This document shows positions 30,676 through 32,000 of a DNA stretch of 32,000 nt, one piece after another. The position numbers and the translations under genes were made by a program. The DNA lies in NCBI RefSeq assembly GCF_004102945.1, contig NZ_CP019384.1:1800001-1832000 (forward strand). Direction: 5' to 3'. The first letter of the stretch is position 1; each line of letters opens with the position of its first letter. This stretch comes from Candidatus Velamenicoccus archaeovorus. GTDB lineage: Bacteria > Omnitrophota > Gorgyraeia > Velamenicoccales > Velamenicoccaceae. The notes below the pieces were generated by a model. It was given only the letters and a program-made list of their open reading frames with translations. It made no database searches and was not told the origin of the DNA.

Positions 30676-32000
30676 CTAACGGCTGTGCGCCATGAGATAG
30701 AACTGCTTTTCTTTGCGGCGCAGGAAAAGTCTCAGAGATGCAAAGCCGATCCACAGGATCGGCACAAGAACGACGGCCATGAACCTTAGCCCCAGCTTCT
30801 GCGCATCGGAAAGCTTCTTGATATCGCGGCTCACTTCGGTCTTGGAACGGATCTGGACCACATCTTCTCCCAACGCAAGGCTATCCACCAGATTGGCAAA
30901 AAGACTCAGGTTGGCGGGATTGCCGATCAGACTGTCCGAGAACATCTTGGAGCAACCCACGACAACAAGCTTACCAGGCCTGGGCTCAAGCTTTTCTTCT
31001 GCCTTCTGAGGCGGCACCGCCTCTGCCTGAGAAGCATTCGACGACACATCGATCTTGCTGGGCCACGGCGGCACACCCTGGTCTGCAAATGTATTCGTAA
31101 ACTGACCCTGTAAAATCATGCCTAGAACGAATTTTCCCCCGGTGTCCGCTTTTAAAAATCCAAGGGCATCCGGCTTCAGTAATCCGCCGGTATAAGGGAC
31201 CTTCCAGCTCTCGGCGCTGGAGGTAAACAAGACGGTGGGGCTCAAATTTAACGATTTGACCACTTCGTCGGCCACATCCAAAGCCGATCCCCACATATAA
31301 AGGAAAGCGGGCTGACGGCGCATCAAAGGCAGCTTGGAATTCATCGTGTCCTGCCGCACCAGGATCTGGTTCGGCACCTTGACGGGTATCGAAACTGCAA
31401 ACGGGCCGACCCGCTGCTCCGTCGAAACATTGACGATATCGCTGCTCTCGTCCATCAGCATATCTTCGTTGATCTTTATCCCCCATTTACCAAGAAGATT
31501 ATTGATATCGAGGCTGAGCTTGAACGGCTGGACTTGGACACCCCGCGGCGGCACCATCTGGAAAGCATAATCATATCCTTGGGCGGCGACAATGACCGAT
31601 CCCCCCTGGTAGAGATATTTATTGATCTCATACAACTGGCGGGCATTGAGGGAACCGGGATTGATCACCAAAAGTTCGGTCGCATCCGGCGGCAGAGGAT
31701 CTCCCTCGGTCAAGGCGACGCGTTGATAATCATAGCCGTTATTGCTGACCAATGGCGCGATGTTCTTGTAATCGTCTTCGTACTGCGGCGAGGCCTTGCC
31801 GAGCTTGAACAAGAGCTGGTTCATTTCCGGGGTTACGTCGGCCCCCCTCAAGGGCGAGAACAGCACAATCTTCGGCTTGTGGTCGAATGTCATCTTGACG
31901 ATGCGCGACAAGAGAAGATATTCGAGGTCCGGCAGCGTTTGCGGGACGATGCGCGGCAGGAGTTCCTCGCCTTTTTCCTTATAATCGATGGTCATGGCGG
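30676..32000 (-). CDS. GldG-family ABC-transporter auxiliary protein (5' end probably outside the window)
   Basis: The ORF runs from 30676 to at least 31995. It has an ABC_transp_aux-like sequence and a C-terminal TM anchor (FMAVVLVPILWIGFASLRLF). The N-terminal TM usual in this family is missing and no upstream stop is visible before the window edge. Confidence 0.7.
   Translation of the reverse strand, partial: AMTIDYKEKGEELLPRIVPQTLPDLEYLLLSRIVKMTFDHKPKIVLFSPLRGADVTPEMNQLLFKLGKASPQYEDDYKNIAPLVSNNGYDYQRVALTEGDPLPPDATELLVINPGSLNARQLYEINKYLYQGGSVIVAAQGYDYAFQMVPPRGVQVQPFKLSLDINNLLGKWGIKINEDMLMDESSDIVNVSTEQRVGPFAVSIPVKVPNQILVRQDTMNSKLPLMRRQPAFLYMWGSALDVADEVVKSLNLSPTVLFTSSAESWKVPYTGGLLKPDALGFLKADTGGKFVLGMILQGQFTNTFADQGVPPWPSKIDVSSNASQAEAVPPQKAEEKLEPRPGKLVVVGCSKMFSDSLIGNPANLSLFANLVDSLALGEDVVQIRSKTEVSRDIKKLSDAQKLGLRFMAVVLVPILWIGFASLRLFLRRKEKQFYLMAHSR

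Noticed and set aside
1-32000. Search for CRISPR arrays, transposases, integrases, toxin-antitoxin pairs or recognisable defence genes.
   Set aside because: I saw no regularly spaced direct repeats and no recombinase, nuclease or defence-type proteins in any frame of the ORF track. The only repeats are the tRNA-Leu-associated units at 4966-5427.

Overview
This 32-kb window comes from a fairly GC-rich diderm bacterium, probably an anaerobe. I cannot assign taxonomy from sequence alone. I support 29 CDSs and two tRNAs: tRNA-Glu(UUC) at 7-81 (+) and tRNA-Leu(GAG) at 5556-5640 (-). I saw no rRNA, CRISPR array, transposase or integrase.

The left 5 kb (+ strand) is a signalling cluster: a FIST protein, a single-TM GAF histidine kinase, a REC-REC protein, and a REC-GGDEF protein whose motif reads GGDDF. 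About 600 bp of non-coding DNA downstream of tRNA-Leu carries nested repeats, including an exact 20-nt copy of the tRNA 3' end. This looks like an integration scar without cargo.

The remaining ~26 kb is almost entirely minus-strand. In transcription order it encodes:
- GldG (5' end cut by the window edge) and DUF4340, followed by a strong terminator
- a GT-C-like membrane protein, a secreted protein, a MiaB-like radical SAM enzyme without a TRAM domain, and archaemetzincin
- a six-gene complex-I / group-4-hydrogenase-like membrane module
- a TetR-headed cluster (alginate-export-type outer-membrane barrel, B12-binding radical SAM, LpxL-family acyltransferase)
- modABC
- a small secreted protein, DUF486 and DUF2892
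- an OprB-like porin
- CbiM plus a PDGLE protein
- pilT

The strongest lead is the hydrogenase-like module. Its NuoCD/HycE-like large subunit has lost all four Ni-Fe cysteine ligands, while the small subunit keeps its Fe-S cysteines. No electron-input subunit is encoded. An AT-rich 343-bp gap sits exactly where hycF/hyfH lies in E. coli operons. This matches the 'Ehr'-type pattern, whose function is unknown.

Secondary leads:
- the TetR / outer-membrane barrel / B12-rSAM / acyltransferase cluster
- the rSAM-archaemetzincin pair
- an unclassified, highly structured 5' leader at 6817-7044
- a hairpin-dense leader upstream of cbiM
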